Below the pieces are notes generated by a model that worked only from the letters and a program-made list of their open reading frames with translations, had not been told where the DNA came from and did no database searches. A stretch of 62,617 bases of DNA, filler included, from Chiloscyllium plagiosum (taxonomy: Eukaryota): the NCBI RefSeq assembly GCF_004010195.1. It is 3 parts of one record of this genome, joined end to end, with 100 filler letters (N's around TTAATTAATTAA, not from the genome) between each part and the next. Parts side by side here need not be neighbours in the genome. Positions count along the whole stretch, not along the records: positions 24,316 to 51,050 come from NC_057710.1; positions 51,151 to 62,617 come from NC_057710.1; 1 more part is not named here. One strand, written 5' to 3'. The translations under genes and the position numbers were made by a program. Shown here piece by piece: positions 39,433-51,350 of this stretch (its first letter is position 1; the number at the start of each line of letters is the position of its first letter).

Positions 39433-39719
39433 TCGAGTTGTACTTACCATTAACCTGTTCACCAGTGCTCAGTTTGCTTCCACTGGGACTACACTGCAGA
39501 CTTGCCCCAAACATGGCAACATGGCCTGGTCTTCAAAAGGGAGATGAGGCCTTTAATGTCAGGACAGCATTGGACTGAGTGAGGCCCCAGGATCAGGACA
39601 GATTGCCTTGAAAGAGGAGAATCTTTGGCAAAGTGGAAAAATTAGCAACAAAAACAGAAATTGCTGGAAAAGCTGCGCAGATATAGCAGCATCTGTTGAG
39701 AGAAATCTAAGTTAATTGG

Positions 39720-40425
39720 ACTGAATTGAATGTATTGTCATGTGTACCGAGGCACAGTGAAAAGCTTTGTCTTGCGAGCAATACAGGCAGATCACAGAGT
39801 TAAATAGCATAGATAAGTAAATAATAGGTGAACAGAGGCAAAAACAAAAATACAGGTACAGGCGAATGTTAAGAGTTTGTGAGTCCATTCAGTATTCTAA
39901 CAATAGTAGGGTAGAAACTGTTTCGAAACCAGCTGGTGCGTGTGTTCAGGCTTCTGTACCTTCTCCTTGATGGTAGAGGTTGAAGAAAAACATTGCCAGG
40001 GTAGGATGGATCTTTGAGAATTCTGGCGGCCTTTCCCTGACAGCGGGCCTGGTAGGTGGATTCTATAGATGGGAGGTTGGCCTTTGTGATTGTCCTGACT
40101 GAGTTCACCACTCTCTGTAACCGTCTCCAATCTTGAATGGTACAGTTGCTATACCAGGTAGTGATATATCCAGACAGAATCCAGGGACACCCGTAAAAGT
40201 TGGCAAGGGTATTCGCCATCATGCCAAATTTCCTCAGCTGCTTGAGGAAGAAGAGACATTGTTGGGCATTTGTAACCAGTGCGTCCACATGAAGAGTCCA
40301 AGAAAGCTTGTTGTGGAGCTTGACACTCTCCACTAATTCCACCTCTGTGCTGTTAATGTGTAGGGGGGGCATGAGTAACATCCCACCAAAAGTCAATAAT
40401 GAGTTCCTTGGTTTTGCCGGCATTG
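39720..40425 (-). mobile_element. Rex1/Babar-like LINE 3' portion
   Basis: ORF 39869-40423 AQQCLFFLKQLRKFG...ITTWYSN...LQRVVN...KAARILKDPSYPG...LPSRRRYRSLNTRTSWFRNSFYP. Confidence 0.85.
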
Positions 40426-40935
40426 AGAGCTGGGTCTCAAAGTTTTGGCTCTGGTGACCCTTCCTTGGACCTGATGGTAGCTCAGAAATTGTTGGTTTAT
40501 ATGCAGAAGGTAGGGTGGGGGAGGGGGTAAAGAGTAAATGATAGGTGGAGATAGAGGCCCAAGAGAGAGAAGAACAGTTGGATACACAAAGGATTGTGTA
40601 CGATCTGGCTAGGAGGGTGAATAGCTGTTATCAGGGACTGTTAGTAGCTCACAATGTGTTGTGTGTAGTAGCAGATTATGTGATAACAACTCCTGGTTTG
40701 GGGGGGGGGAAGTTAGGGTAAGGACATTAGAGAACTCATGCCCTAAAGTTGCTGAACTCAATATTGAGTCCGCAGGGCTGCAAAATTCCCAAGTGGAAAA
40801 TGAGGTGTTGTTCTTCCAGTTTGCGCTGAACTTCACTGGAGCACTGCAGCAAGCCTGAGGCAGAGATGTTGGCCAGGGAACAGGGTGGTGGGTTAAAATG
40901 GCAGGTGACTGGAAGCTCAGGGTCAATTTTTACGG
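40425..40935 (-). mobile_element. Old Penelope-like 3' fragment
   Basis: HFNPPPCSLANI..GLLQC..QRKLEEQHLIFHLGILQPCGLNIEFSNF (GIY-YIG C-terminus). Confidence 0.75.
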
Positions 40936-41227
40936 AAGAATTAGCATTAATCCTATCAAGGAGAAATATCAGGAAGCACCTCTTCGCACCAAGCGTAAAG
41001 GAAATCTGGAATTCTGAAACTCTCTCCCACCCCACAAATAGCGGTGAGGCTGAAGACCATCTGGAGATTTAAAGACTCAGATTGAGACATTTTTTTGTTC
41101 GAATGGATTATAGAAACAAGATGGGCAGATGGAATGAAGCTGCTGATTACTTAAGCCAGGGATCAGTTGGTAACATTCTTATCTTTGGTTTAAAACCATT
41201 GGCTTTAAATCCACCATCTATAAAGTA

Positions 41228-41435
41228 TCGAAAAGTGTGGCACTGGAAAAGCACAGCAGGCCAGGCAGCTCCGAGGTGCAGGAGAGTCAACGTTTCAGGC
41301 ATATACCTGATGAAGGGCTTATGCCCGAAACATCAACTCTCCTGCTCCTTGGATGCTGCCTGACCTGCTGTGCTTTTCCAGTGCCACACATTTCGACTCT
41401 GACTCTCCAACATCTGCGGTCCTCACTTCCTTGCT
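41228..41435. mobile_element. Palindromic Penelope family A repeat pair with a plus-strand hammerhead motif at 41307-41334
   Basis: GTGTGGCACTGGAAAAGCACAGCAGG...CCTGCTGTGCTTTTCCAGTGCCACAC inverted arms; CTGATGAAGGGCTTATGCCCGAAACATC. Confidence 0.8.
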
Positions 41436-41444
41436 GAGAAGTGT

Positions 41445-41935
41445 GGTCACTCAGATTAGACCATAGAGTGAGGGGTTTTACGGGGTTGCAGAGGAGATTC
41501 ACCAGGATGTTGCCTGGAAAGGAGCATTTCAGCGATGAAGAGAGGCTGGGTAAGCTCGGGTTGTTTTCTTTGAAACAGAGAAGGCTGAGGGGACACCTGA
41601 TAGAGGTGTGTAAGATTATGAAGGAAATGGACAGGGTGAATGGGAGGCAGCTGCTCCCCTTGTTGGAAGGATCAGTAACAAAGGGGCATCATTTTCAGGT
41701 GAAAGGCAGGAGGATTCGAGGAAATATCTTTTCACCCACAGGGCGGTGGGAATCTGGAATGCACAGCTTGGGAGGGTAGTTGAGGTGGGCAACCTCACAA
41801 TCTTTAAAACATACTTGCTTGAACTTGCTTTTAACATTCAATGCTATCGGCCAAGTGACGGAAAGTGGGACTAGTATAGACTAAGAGTAGTGTGCGTCCG
41901 TGCAGTCAATGGGCTGAAGGGCCTGTTCTGTAGTG
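41445..41935 (+). mobile_element. CR1 3' portion
   Basis: LQRRFTRMLPG..ERLGKLGLFSLKQRRLRGHLIEV; GGGCTGAAGGGCCTGTT. Confidence 0.85.
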
Positions 41936-42089
41936 GCCTGATGCTTTTAAGCTATGAAACGCGTGATGGTCAAATTAGGCACTATATAAATGCAGCTCTC
42001 CTACTCGAAATGTTGGTTTTGGGCGAAGGCTGAGTGGCCTTTTCCGATGCTGCTGGCCCAGGGCAAGGTGCGTGTGGGAACACCCCTGA

Positions 42090-42195
42090 GAGGTGTGGCA
42101 ACAGGAACTATACTTTGAATGCACTTCATCAGCTGTAAAGTACTTTGGGACTTCCTGGGGTGTTGAAAGGCACCACCTAAATGCAAACCTTTCTC
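42090..42195 (+). mobile_element. L2/DeuSINE-type 3' tail relic
   Basis: CACTTCATCAGCTGTAAAGTACTTTGGGACTTCCTGGGGTGTTGAAAGGCACCACCTAAATGCAAAC. Confidence 0.5.
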
Positions 42196-43002
42196 GAGGA
42201 TTGAGAAGTTTGGTTGCTCAATCACACCTCAGTTCGCTGCAGCCGCAAAGACTGAATGGTGTCCCCCAAAACAATAATGGGTTAATACTTCCTCCTGGTG
42301 GATTCAGGTGGTACTGCTGCTCAATTGATATTTTGTCTGGTGCAGTATTCTGGAGACCAAATCTCAACACATGCTTATATCAGAATACTGCTTTACATAA
42401 ACAATTAAAATGTTTCAATTCAAACAATTAAATATGCTGCCTATATTTTTTTATTCACAAAGGAACACCATTCCTTAAGCAGTACAATTCCATATTCCAC
42501 ACAGTTCTGGTCTCTGTTTTGCAAAAATACAGATTTCAAAACTGGCTAAGTTCAGGAATGCAACTGGAAGAGCAATGGAGATGGATTTAAGCATGTCTTT
42601 TAAAAGGGAATTGGATTAATGCCTGAAGGGAAGAGGTTCACAGGGCTATTGGGTCAGGGGTGGGGACAGGAAGATGTTACAGAGAGCTAGCACAGATTCA
42701 ATGGGCCATATGGTCTTCAGTACTGGAACCACATTGGACTTTGAGGCACTGGAGAAGGTGCAAATAAAAGATTCATAAGGGTGACATCAAAATGAGATGC
42801 CATTCCTTGCAGGTCAAATTGAATGGAGTGGGTCCTCTTTCCCTTAGAGGGATGAATCTTAAGATAATGGAAGGGAAGCTTTGCTCGGGTACACAAAAGA
42901 AGAATGTTTCCACATGGCACAGGACCTGAACTGTGCCTAAAGGTAAGATGTTGTCACTACAAGGTCCAGTGATGAATTAAACAGACACAACTTTGCATAG
43001 AG

Positions 43003-43665
43003 TTTGATTTATTGTTGTCACATGTAGCGAGATACAGTGAAAAGTGGTGTTTTGCATGCTCTACAGGCAAATCTTACCATACAAAGTGCATCAGGGTAGC
43101 ATAACAGAGTGCAGAATACAGCGTTACAGCCACAGAGAACGTGCAGAGAGAGAGATCAGAATTAGCACTTGACCGGTCCGTTGAAAAGTTTGATAACAGC
43201 AGGGATCAAGCATGTGTGTACAAACCTTTATATCTTCCACCCAACAGAGAAGGGTGGAAGAGAGTATAACCGGGGTGGGAGGGGTCTTTGATTATGTTGG
43301 CTGCTTTCCCAAGGCAGCAGGAAGTGAAGACAGAGATAATGGATGGCTGACTGGTTAGCATGATGGATTGGGCTGTGTTCACAACTCTCTATAATTTCTT
43401 GTGGTCTTGGACAGAACAGTTGCCATACCACACTGTGATGCATCCGGACAGGATACTTTCGGTGGTGCATCTATAAAATTTGACAAGGGCCATTGTGGAC
43501 ATGCCAAATTTCCTTAGCCTTCTGAGGAAGTAGAGACGCTATTGTATTTCCTTGACCATTATATCGGTGTGGATGGATCAGGACAGAGCATTGGCGATCA
43601 TCACTCCCAGGAACATGACGCTCTCAAACACCTCCACCTCAGCATTGATGCAGACAGGGGCGTGC
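43003..43665 (-). mobile_element. Rex1/Babar-like LINE 3' portion
   Basis: Minus strand RLYFLRRLRKFGMSTMALVKFYRCTTESILSGCITVWYGNC. Confidence 0.8.
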
Positions 43666-44131
43666 TAGGTAAGCAAATAGGAACAGGATAGATGTATATG
43701 CTGACAGGATAAGTTGAAAAAAGGTAGGAACATAAATGTCAGTGCAAACTGATGGGGTTAAATGCCCTATTATTGTGCCATTGAGAGTTAAGAGTGAGAT
43801 GGAACAGATTTAAGGCAACTGATACAAGAAACAGCGGAGACTTATAGAGAATCTTGTTCACACAGCGAGTGGTCAGGACCTGGAATGCATTGATGCAGAC
43901 AGGGGCGTGCCAGGTAAGCAAATAGGAACAGGATAGATGTATATGCTGACAGGATAAGTTAAAAAAAGGTAGGAACATAAATGTCAGTGCAAACTGATAG
44001 GGTTAAATGCCCTATTATTGTGCCATTGTGAGTTAAGAGTGAGATGGAACAGATTTAAGGCAACTGATACAAGAAACAGCGGAGACTTATAGAGAATCTT
44101 GTTCACACAGCGAGTGGTCAGGACCTGGAAT
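43642..44131. repeat. 245-bp direct tandem duplication
   Basis: 43642-43886 and 43887-44131 are near-identical, both starting GCATTGATGCAGACAGGGGCG. Confidence 0.95.
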
Positions 44132-44374
44132 GCACTGCCTGAGAATCTGGTGGGGGACAGGTTCAAATAAGGCATTCAGGAGGGAATTTTCTGGCTATCC
44201 GAAAAGCCACAGCTTTGGGAAGCAGGTGGAGGGAGTGTGGTGAAAGCGGCAGTAGGTGAATTGTTCCCGAGGAGAGGCAACCCAGATCTGGAGAGCTAAT
44301 GTCAATGTAATTCTATGCATTATTCCTGCAGAGATTATTTTAGTAACCCAGATAATGGCATTTAACGGTTCACG

Positions 44375-45520
44375 GGGAGGTGTTGATCCAGAGGTATTAT
44401 CGCTGGACTGCTGATCCAGAGACCCAGGTAAATCCCTGATGACCTCGTTTGAATCCTACCACAGATGGTGGAATTTGAATCCAATGAAAATCTTGAATTA
44501 AGAGTCTAACGTGGACATGAAATGATTGTCAGGAAAAGGTTCACTAATGCCCTTTAGGGAAGGAAATCTGCTATACCTACCTGACCTGGCCTATATGTGA
44601 CTCCAGACCCACAGCACCGTGGTTGAGTCTTAACTGCCCAAGGGGCAATAAATGCCTAGCCAATGATGCCCACATCCCGTCAAGGAATTTTTAAAAAGTC
44701 GTGACTGAAAAGTAACATTAATATGATGCAAATACAAGACAATGAACATCTCAAACCCTCCACCCCACTCATAAACTGGTTGGGTTTGTACTAAAAATTC
44801 AACAATTTTGTCACAGGCCATTTTCACTGAAAGCAAATGTTAATTTCCAGTTTTGTTTTATTCATTCGTGAAATGAGAGCGTAGCTGGTTGGACCGGCAT
44901 TTATTGTCCATCCCAGAGGACAGTTAAAAGGCAACCACATTGCTGCAGGTCTGGAGTCACATGTAGGCCAGGCCAGGTAAGGATGGCAGTTTCCTTCCCT
45001 AAAAGACAACAATTGGAGATAGCTTTCCTCCAACAATCAACAGTGATCGTGTGTCTTCATTAGTGTCTCAATCCGTATTTTTATTGAATTCAAATTCCAC
45101 CATCTACCATGGCAGTATTCGAACCGAGGTCCCCAGGACATTACCTGGGTCTCTGGATTAACAGTTCCGCATCAACACACCTAGGCCATCACCTCCATCT
45201 GACATGCAGGTCAGACCAGGTAAGGATGGCAGTTTCCTTCCCTAAACCCCATATGGGTCCCCAAAGCATCAAGGAAAGCTTCATCATTGTTAGAGTCTTT
45301 TTTAATTTGTTAAATTCAAATTTAATCCATGCTTTGGTGGGATTTGAACCTAGGTCTCCAGAACATTACCTGGGTTTCAGGATTAATAGTCGAGAGTGTG
45401 GTGCTGGAAAAGCACAGCCAGTCAGGCAGCATCAGAGGAGCAGGAGAATCGATGTTTCGGGCATAAGTCCTTCATTAGGATTAATAGTCTAGTAATAATA
45501 TCACTACTCCATTGCCTGCC
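44375..45520. mobile_element. Cluster of tRNA-headed SINEs (plus 44375-44697; minus ~44855-45195 and ~45205-45520) with a Penelope family A repeat inserted at ~45392-45476
   Basis: SINE cores on both strands; 13-bp duplication AGGATTAATAGTC at 45379-45391 and 45477-45489. Confidence 0.75.
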
Positions 45521-46395
45521 CTGATATACACCAGGTCTGGTTACATAAGGGTACAGGATGCTCCACTAAGGGATTACAATTGGAGCTAAGCACGGTTCTG
45601 ACCTTCTGATGGAGGGAAGGTCACTGCCAAAGCAGTTGAAGGTGGTTGGATCTCATGAGATTACCCTGAGAAACTCACAGCAGTCACTTCGAAATGCTAG
45701 CCTAGCCAGCGATGCTCATTATCCCTTGAATTCAATTTTAAAAACAATGTTATTCAAATTTAAACATTGTGTAATGTACATGCGCTGAATTTAATGGAAT
45801 AAGATTAAGCGACATAAATTCAAACAGCTGGCTCATTTTCTCTTCCTGTGCTGGTTTCCTATTCATAACTATTCTGCACTTACAAGGGGATCCTGATATT
45901 ATCACAAGCATAGCTTTAAATGGCCAAATCAGATCTAAGATTGTAATTGGAATGATTTAGTGTCATGTTAATCGGGGCAGCAGGCTCCCAAAGAGGTTTT
46001 CCGAGTGAGGATTGCATGTTTTGTGAGTGAATTAGATTCTTCAGACTGTAACACAAGCCATTAATGCAATCGCAAGTATTTGCTTTCCCTGCCAGTACAA
46101 TCCCCCTACACAGCCCCCATCCTTTTAAACTGAATGAGAGGTGGTAGAGGGTAGGGTTTCATATGGGTGCACTCAATGCATTTGCATGGATACTGTCCAT
46201 CATCGACTTCAAGGCACAGGTCGGGCTGTGAAGGCAGACAGACACAGTCCCTTAGTTCAGCGGTAAGGCAGGGATGCTAGGTGTTGTATAGCTCAATGCT
46301 TCCAAAATAAAGTGGTCCATTTGACCCACCACCAACCACCATCAACATTCACTTCCTACATCACAGTGGCAGCAGTTTGCACCATCTTGCAACAG

Positions 46396-46958
46396 TCTGA
46401 GCTACAGGGAGAGGTTGGACAAGCTCAGACCTTTTTCTTTAGAGTGTAGGAGACTTATAGTAGTGTATAAGATCACAAGAGGCATGGATAGGGTGGATGC
46501 ACACAGTCTTTTTCCCCAGGATTGGGGAATCAAGGACTAGAGGGCATCAGTCTAAGGTTAGAGGGGAAAGAATGAAAGGGAACCTGAGGGACAGCTTTTT
46601 TTAGGAGAAAGTGAGGACTGCAGATGCTGGAGATCAGAGCTGACAATGTGTTGCTGGAAAAGCGCAGCAGGTCAGGCAGCATCCAAGGAGCAGAAGAATC
46701 GACGTTTTGGGCATGAGCCCTTCTTCAGCTTTTTTACACAGAGGGTGGTACGCATATGGAATGAGTTGCCAGCAGAAGTGGTTGAGGCAGATACATTAAC
46801 ATTTAAAGGCATTTGGACAAATACACGGATAGGAAAGGATTAGAAGGATATGGGCCAAGTGCAGGGAAATGGGGTCAGTGTGGATGGACATTTTGGTCAG
46901 TGTGGACCAGTTTGGGCCAAAGGGTGTTGCCTCTGTGCTGTAGGACTCTATGACTCTG
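46396..46958 (+). mobile_element. CR1 3' portion with a Penelope family A repeat inserted at ~46602-46728
   Basis: LSYRERLDKL; FFTQRVVRIWNELPAE; CAGCTTTTTT duplicated around the insert. Confidence 0.85.
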
Positions 46959-48209
46959 TCTACAAAGTGCACAGCAGCAACTCCCCAAGGCACAGCCACC
47001 CTGTGACATCTACCACCATGAAAGCAACAGATGCGAAAGTCTTCTTTTCTTATTTGAGTACCTTTCAGAGTTTCCATCCTTCCACCCCATTCTGCCCTCG
47101 CATCTCACATCCACAGTCCCAGCCCCTGCTGTACAATTCTCAATTACAGGCATTGAGAATGCCCAATACATACACTTCAGGCTCACAATCTAAGACTCTC
47201 CATTGGTGATTAAGCCGAATTCCTATTGACTCACATTGAGTAGCTTGCTCCTTGCCTTTCTATCGCGTTTCCTGGCCCCCAACCTCATGTTTTCCTTCCT
47301 CTGGGATGCCCTTCTTTCAGACTGGACTGTGGAGAGAGGAAGAAACTGATCCCAAATGGTGGAAAAACTGAGAATCAGGGGACCCGGGTTTAAGGAAATT
47401 GTTAAAAGAATCAACGGTGACCTGTGGAGAAACCTTTTCATGCAGCAAATGCACCTCGTGGAAACGTCGTGGAGGATTACTCTCTTCAGGCTTTTGGGAA
47501 TTGGACGATTATTTGAGAATGAGACAGCCCACAGGCAGAAGACAGGGTAGTGGGGGAGTGGTGACACCTGCTGCATTGTTTATTCGGGGGGGGGGGGGGG
47601 GCTGGCACAGCTGCGATGGGCTGAAGGGCCGCTCTCCTGTGTTATAACAATTCCGTGATTGTGTGAACCACAAAATACAGGCCGTGAATTCCAGTCCCTC
47701 ACCACCCTCTCTGTGTGAAACCAACTCTCCAACCCTCTCTCCCAAGCCTTTAATGTCTGTGGTATGTCTCAACCAGTGGATAGCGTCCTGAGAATTGGCC
47801 ATAGTTTGCATTCTGCTTCTGTCTGCCCCCTGTTTTCCTTTCACAATTCAAAACACTTTCTATCCATTAAAGTTTCATAGGGAACAAATCAATCAATAAA
47901 ATATCCCAGCGGCCAATTTCCAGGCATTAATAAATCATCATGTGAGCAATCCAGATGAACTTGCAGGACTGCTAATGATGGCAGTGAGTTTCAGAGAAGG
48001 GTCTCCGTTCTATTGTGGTTACATCCCCTGTATAGACATCTACTCAGCAGTGAAGAGAAACCTGAGGGGTGGAGACCTGTAAATTTGAGAGAATACTTAA
48101 TTCCAAAGGACTACATTCAGGACTTTTAACATATGAAGGGGTTTGCTAGGTAGATGGGAAACATTTAGTAGAGGGAGATGGTGCCCTAGTGGTAATGTCA
48201 CTGGGTTGG

Positions 48210-48650
48210 TTCAGTCACAGAGTCATGCAGCGAGGAAACAGACCCTTCGGTCCAACTCATACATGCTGACCAGGTATCTAAAAACCTAACTAGTCCCATT
48301 TGCCTGCGTTTGGTCCATTTCCATCTAATCCTTTCCTATTCATGTACCTGTCCAAATGCTGATGAAGGAGCGTCGCTCCGAAAGCTAGTGTGCTTCCAAT
48401 TAAACCTGTTGGACTATAACCTGGTGTTGTGTGATTTTTAACTTTGTATACCCCAGTCCAACACCGGCACCTCCAAATCATGACTTTTAAATGTTGTAAT
48501 TGTAGTAACCTTTACCACTTTCTCTCGAAGCTCATTCCATACATGCACCACCCTCTGCATGAAAAGGTCTCAGGTCCCTTTTTAATCTTTCCCCTCTCAC
48601 CTTAATCCAATGGCCTCTAGTTTTGGACTCTCTGACCTTTGGAAACAGCC
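48210..48650 (-). mobile_element. CR1 3' end inside a tRNA-SINE, with a family B Penelope repeat inserted at ~48359-48484
   Basis: GGAAACAGACCCTTCGGTCCAA reverse tail; SINE head at ~48172-48210 and body at ~48670-48880. Confidence 0.8.
48359..48396 (+). ncRNA. Minimal hammerhead ribozyme motif (family B)
   Basis: CTGATGA-A-GGAGC-gtc-GCTCC-GAAA-GC-tagtgt-GC-TTC. Confidence 0.75.
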
Positions 48651-49604
48651 CTGACCTTATCAACTCAGATGTAGGTTCACATCACAGATGGTGAAATTTG
48701 AATTTAACATAAAGACAAAGCTGAAATCGATTGTCATAAATAGTCATCTGATTCATTCATGCCCTTTATGGAAGGAAACCTGCTATCCTTACCCAGTCTG
48801 ACCTACATGTTAATCCAGACCATAGCAACATGGCTAACTCTGAAGTGGTCTAACAAGGCAGTTAGGGATGGGCAATAACTGTTAAACTCACTATGAATTG
48901 ATAATAACAAAAAAAAGACATTTTTGCAGACTTTTATTCTGATTCTCACCTTAAATTCTGCAGAGAGTTTGTTTCGTTCATGGGCTAACTGACTTGTTGA
49001 GATTTGAACTGATGAACCCAATGCAATAGCCTGGGCCTCTGCTTCAATTGCATTCCATTTCAAGCTCGGGGACATGGCTGCAGAATAAATTAGCATTCAT
49101 TTAAAAGTGACATGCGAAGGAATTTCTTCTCCCAGAAGGTCTAGAATTCTCTACCCCAGAGAGTTTCGGAAGGATTAAAGAAGGGGTTGGTAGATTTTTA
49201 AACTATGAAGCATTTGAGGGGTATGCTGAGCTGCTATGAAGAGGAGTTGAGGCCTGAGGGAGATCACTCATGATTTTTTTAAAATGGTCGGGCAAGATCA
49301 ATGGGACAAATTCTTGCTCACGTTTCTTATGTTTGTATTGCCACTACACTACAACCTCTCCTAAACATGCAACTGCAGCCATGTAGACAGGATTTGATTA
49401 GGTGCCAAAGACTGTAACACAGGAACAGTTTGCGTCTTACCGGCTACACATGAGATTCCACCATCCATACTTGTGGGTGCCATAATAAAACAAGGCCCCA
49501 TTTAGCCTCTTCACAGAAGAGGAGAGGTATTTGTCCCCTGTGCATTGGCCAGTGTTCCTCCCTAAACCGACAATATCTTATACAGATGACCTGGCCATTC
49601 AGAG

Positions 49605-50475
49605 GCACAGAATCATACAGCTATACAGCACAGAAACTGAACCTTTGGTTCAACACGTCCATGTCGACCAGATATCCTAACCTAATCTCATTCCATTTGC
49701 CAGCATTTGGTCCATATCCCTCTAAACCCATCCTATTCATATACCCATCCAGATGCCTCTTAAATGTTATAATTGTACCAGCCTCCACCACTTCCTCTGG
49801 CAGCTCATTCCATACACGTACCACCCTCTGCGTGAAAAAGTTGCTCCGAAGGTCCCTTTCAAATTTTCCCGTCTCACCTTAAACCTTTGCCATCTAGTTC
49901 TGAACTCCCCCAGTCTGGGATAAAGACCTTATCTATTCACTCTATCCATGCCCCTCATGATTTTATAAACATCCATAAAAGTCACCCCTCGGCCTCTGAC
50001 GCTCCAGGGAAAACAGCTCCAGTCTATTCAGCCTCTCACAATAGCTCAAATCCTCCAATCCTGGTAACATCCTTGTAAATCCTTCCTGAACCCTTTCAAG
50101 TTTAACAACAGTTTTCTATATTAGGGCAAACAGAATTGCATGCAATATTCCAAAAATGGTCTAACCAATGCCCTGTACATCTGCAACATGACCTCCCAAC
50201 TCCTATACTCAATGCACTGGACAGTAAAAGCAAGCATGCCCAACGTTTCTTCACCAACTTATCTATCTGTAACTTCACCTTTAAGGAACTATGAATCTGC
50301 ACTCAAGGTCTCTTTGTTCAGCAACACTCCCCAGAGCCTTACCATTAAGTGTATAAGCCCTTCCCTGATTTGCCTTTCCAAAATACAGCACCTCACATTA
50401 ATCTAAATTAAATTTCATCTGCCACTCCTTGCCCCTTAACCTCATCTGATCAAGGTTCCAATGTACTCTGAGATA
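49605..50475 (-). mobile_element. CR1 3' portion
   Basis: ORF 49621-49824 VRVWNELPEEVVEAGTIITFKRHLDGYMNR. Confidence 0.88.
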
Positions 50476-50626
50476 ACATAGAACATAGAACATAGAACAA
50501 TACAGCACAGAACAGGCCCTTCGGCACTCCTTGCCCCTTAACCTCATCTGATCAAGGTTCCAATGTACTCTGAGATAACATAGAACATAGAACATAGAAC
50601 AATACAGCACAGAACAGGCCCTTCGG
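50423..50626. repeat. 102-bp perfect tandem duplication spanning a CR1/CR1 junction
   Basis: 50423-50524 equals 50525-50626; 34-aa period in ORF 50398-50631. Confidence 0.9.
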
Positions 50627-51050
50627 CCCACGATGTTGTGCCGAACATTTGTCCTAGCTTAAGCACCCATCCATGTATCTATCCAATTGCCGCTTAAAGG
50701 TCACCAAAGATTCTGACTCTACCACTCCCACAGGCAGCGCATTCCATGCCCCCACCACTCTCTGGGTAAAGAACCCACCCCTGACATCTCCCCTATACCT
50801 TCCACCCTTCACCTTAAATTTATGTCCCCTTGTAACACTCTGTTGTACCCGGGGAAAAAGTTTCTGACCGTCTACTCTATCTATTCCTCTGATCATCTTA
50901 TAAACCTCTATCAAGTCACCCCTCATCCTTCGCCGTTCCAACGAGAAAAGGCCGAGAACTCTCAACCTATCCTCGTACGACTTCCTCTCCATTCCAGGCA
51001 ACATCCTGGTAAATCTTCTCTGCACCCTCTCCAAAGCTTCCACATCCTTC
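50577..51050 (-). mobile_element. Young CR1 3' portion, truncated by the linker
   Basis: Open ORF 50654-51043 EALERVQRRFTRMLPG...FFTQRVVGAWNALP; (TTCTATG)n tail. Confidence 0.92.
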
Positions 51051-51150
51051 NNNNNNNNNNNNNNNNNNNNNNNNNNNNNNNNNNNNNNNNNNNNTTAATT
51101 AATTAANNNNNNNNNNNNNNNNNNNNNNNNNNNNNNNNNNNNNNNNNNNN
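51051..51150. other. Artificial scaffold linker (N44-TTAATTAATTAA-N44)
   Basis: Identical to 24216-24315. Confidence 0.9.
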
Positions 51151-51350
51151 ATGTTGGGTCCAGGTCGATGCTACTACAGCGGACAGCTGAAACTGACAAC
51201 CGGAAGCGGCAGGGACAGACCACTATAAACACCGGAGGAAACATCAAAGAAGCACTTCGCAGGAGGCTCCCAAGCACTGATGATGTCGCCTAGCCAGGGG
51301 ACGAAACGTTTGCAACAAAAACTTCCAGCTTGGCAAACAGAACCACAACA
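51151..51350 (+). mobile_element. Penelope-like 3' end (family C) with a short inverted 5' piece
   Basis: LQRTAETDNRKRQ-like C-terminus preceded by inverted IDLDPT coding; hammerhead motif at 51277-51311. Confidence 0.65.
51277..51311 (+). ncRNA. Minimal hammerhead ribozyme motif (family C)
   Basis: CTGATGA-T-GTCGCC-tagcca-GGGGAC-GAAA-CGTTT; stem II has one mismatch. Confidence 0.6.

Noticed and set aside
50423..50626. Biologically meaningful 102-bp duplication
   Set aside because: Perfect identity close to a scaffold end makes an assembly overlap artefact at least as likely.
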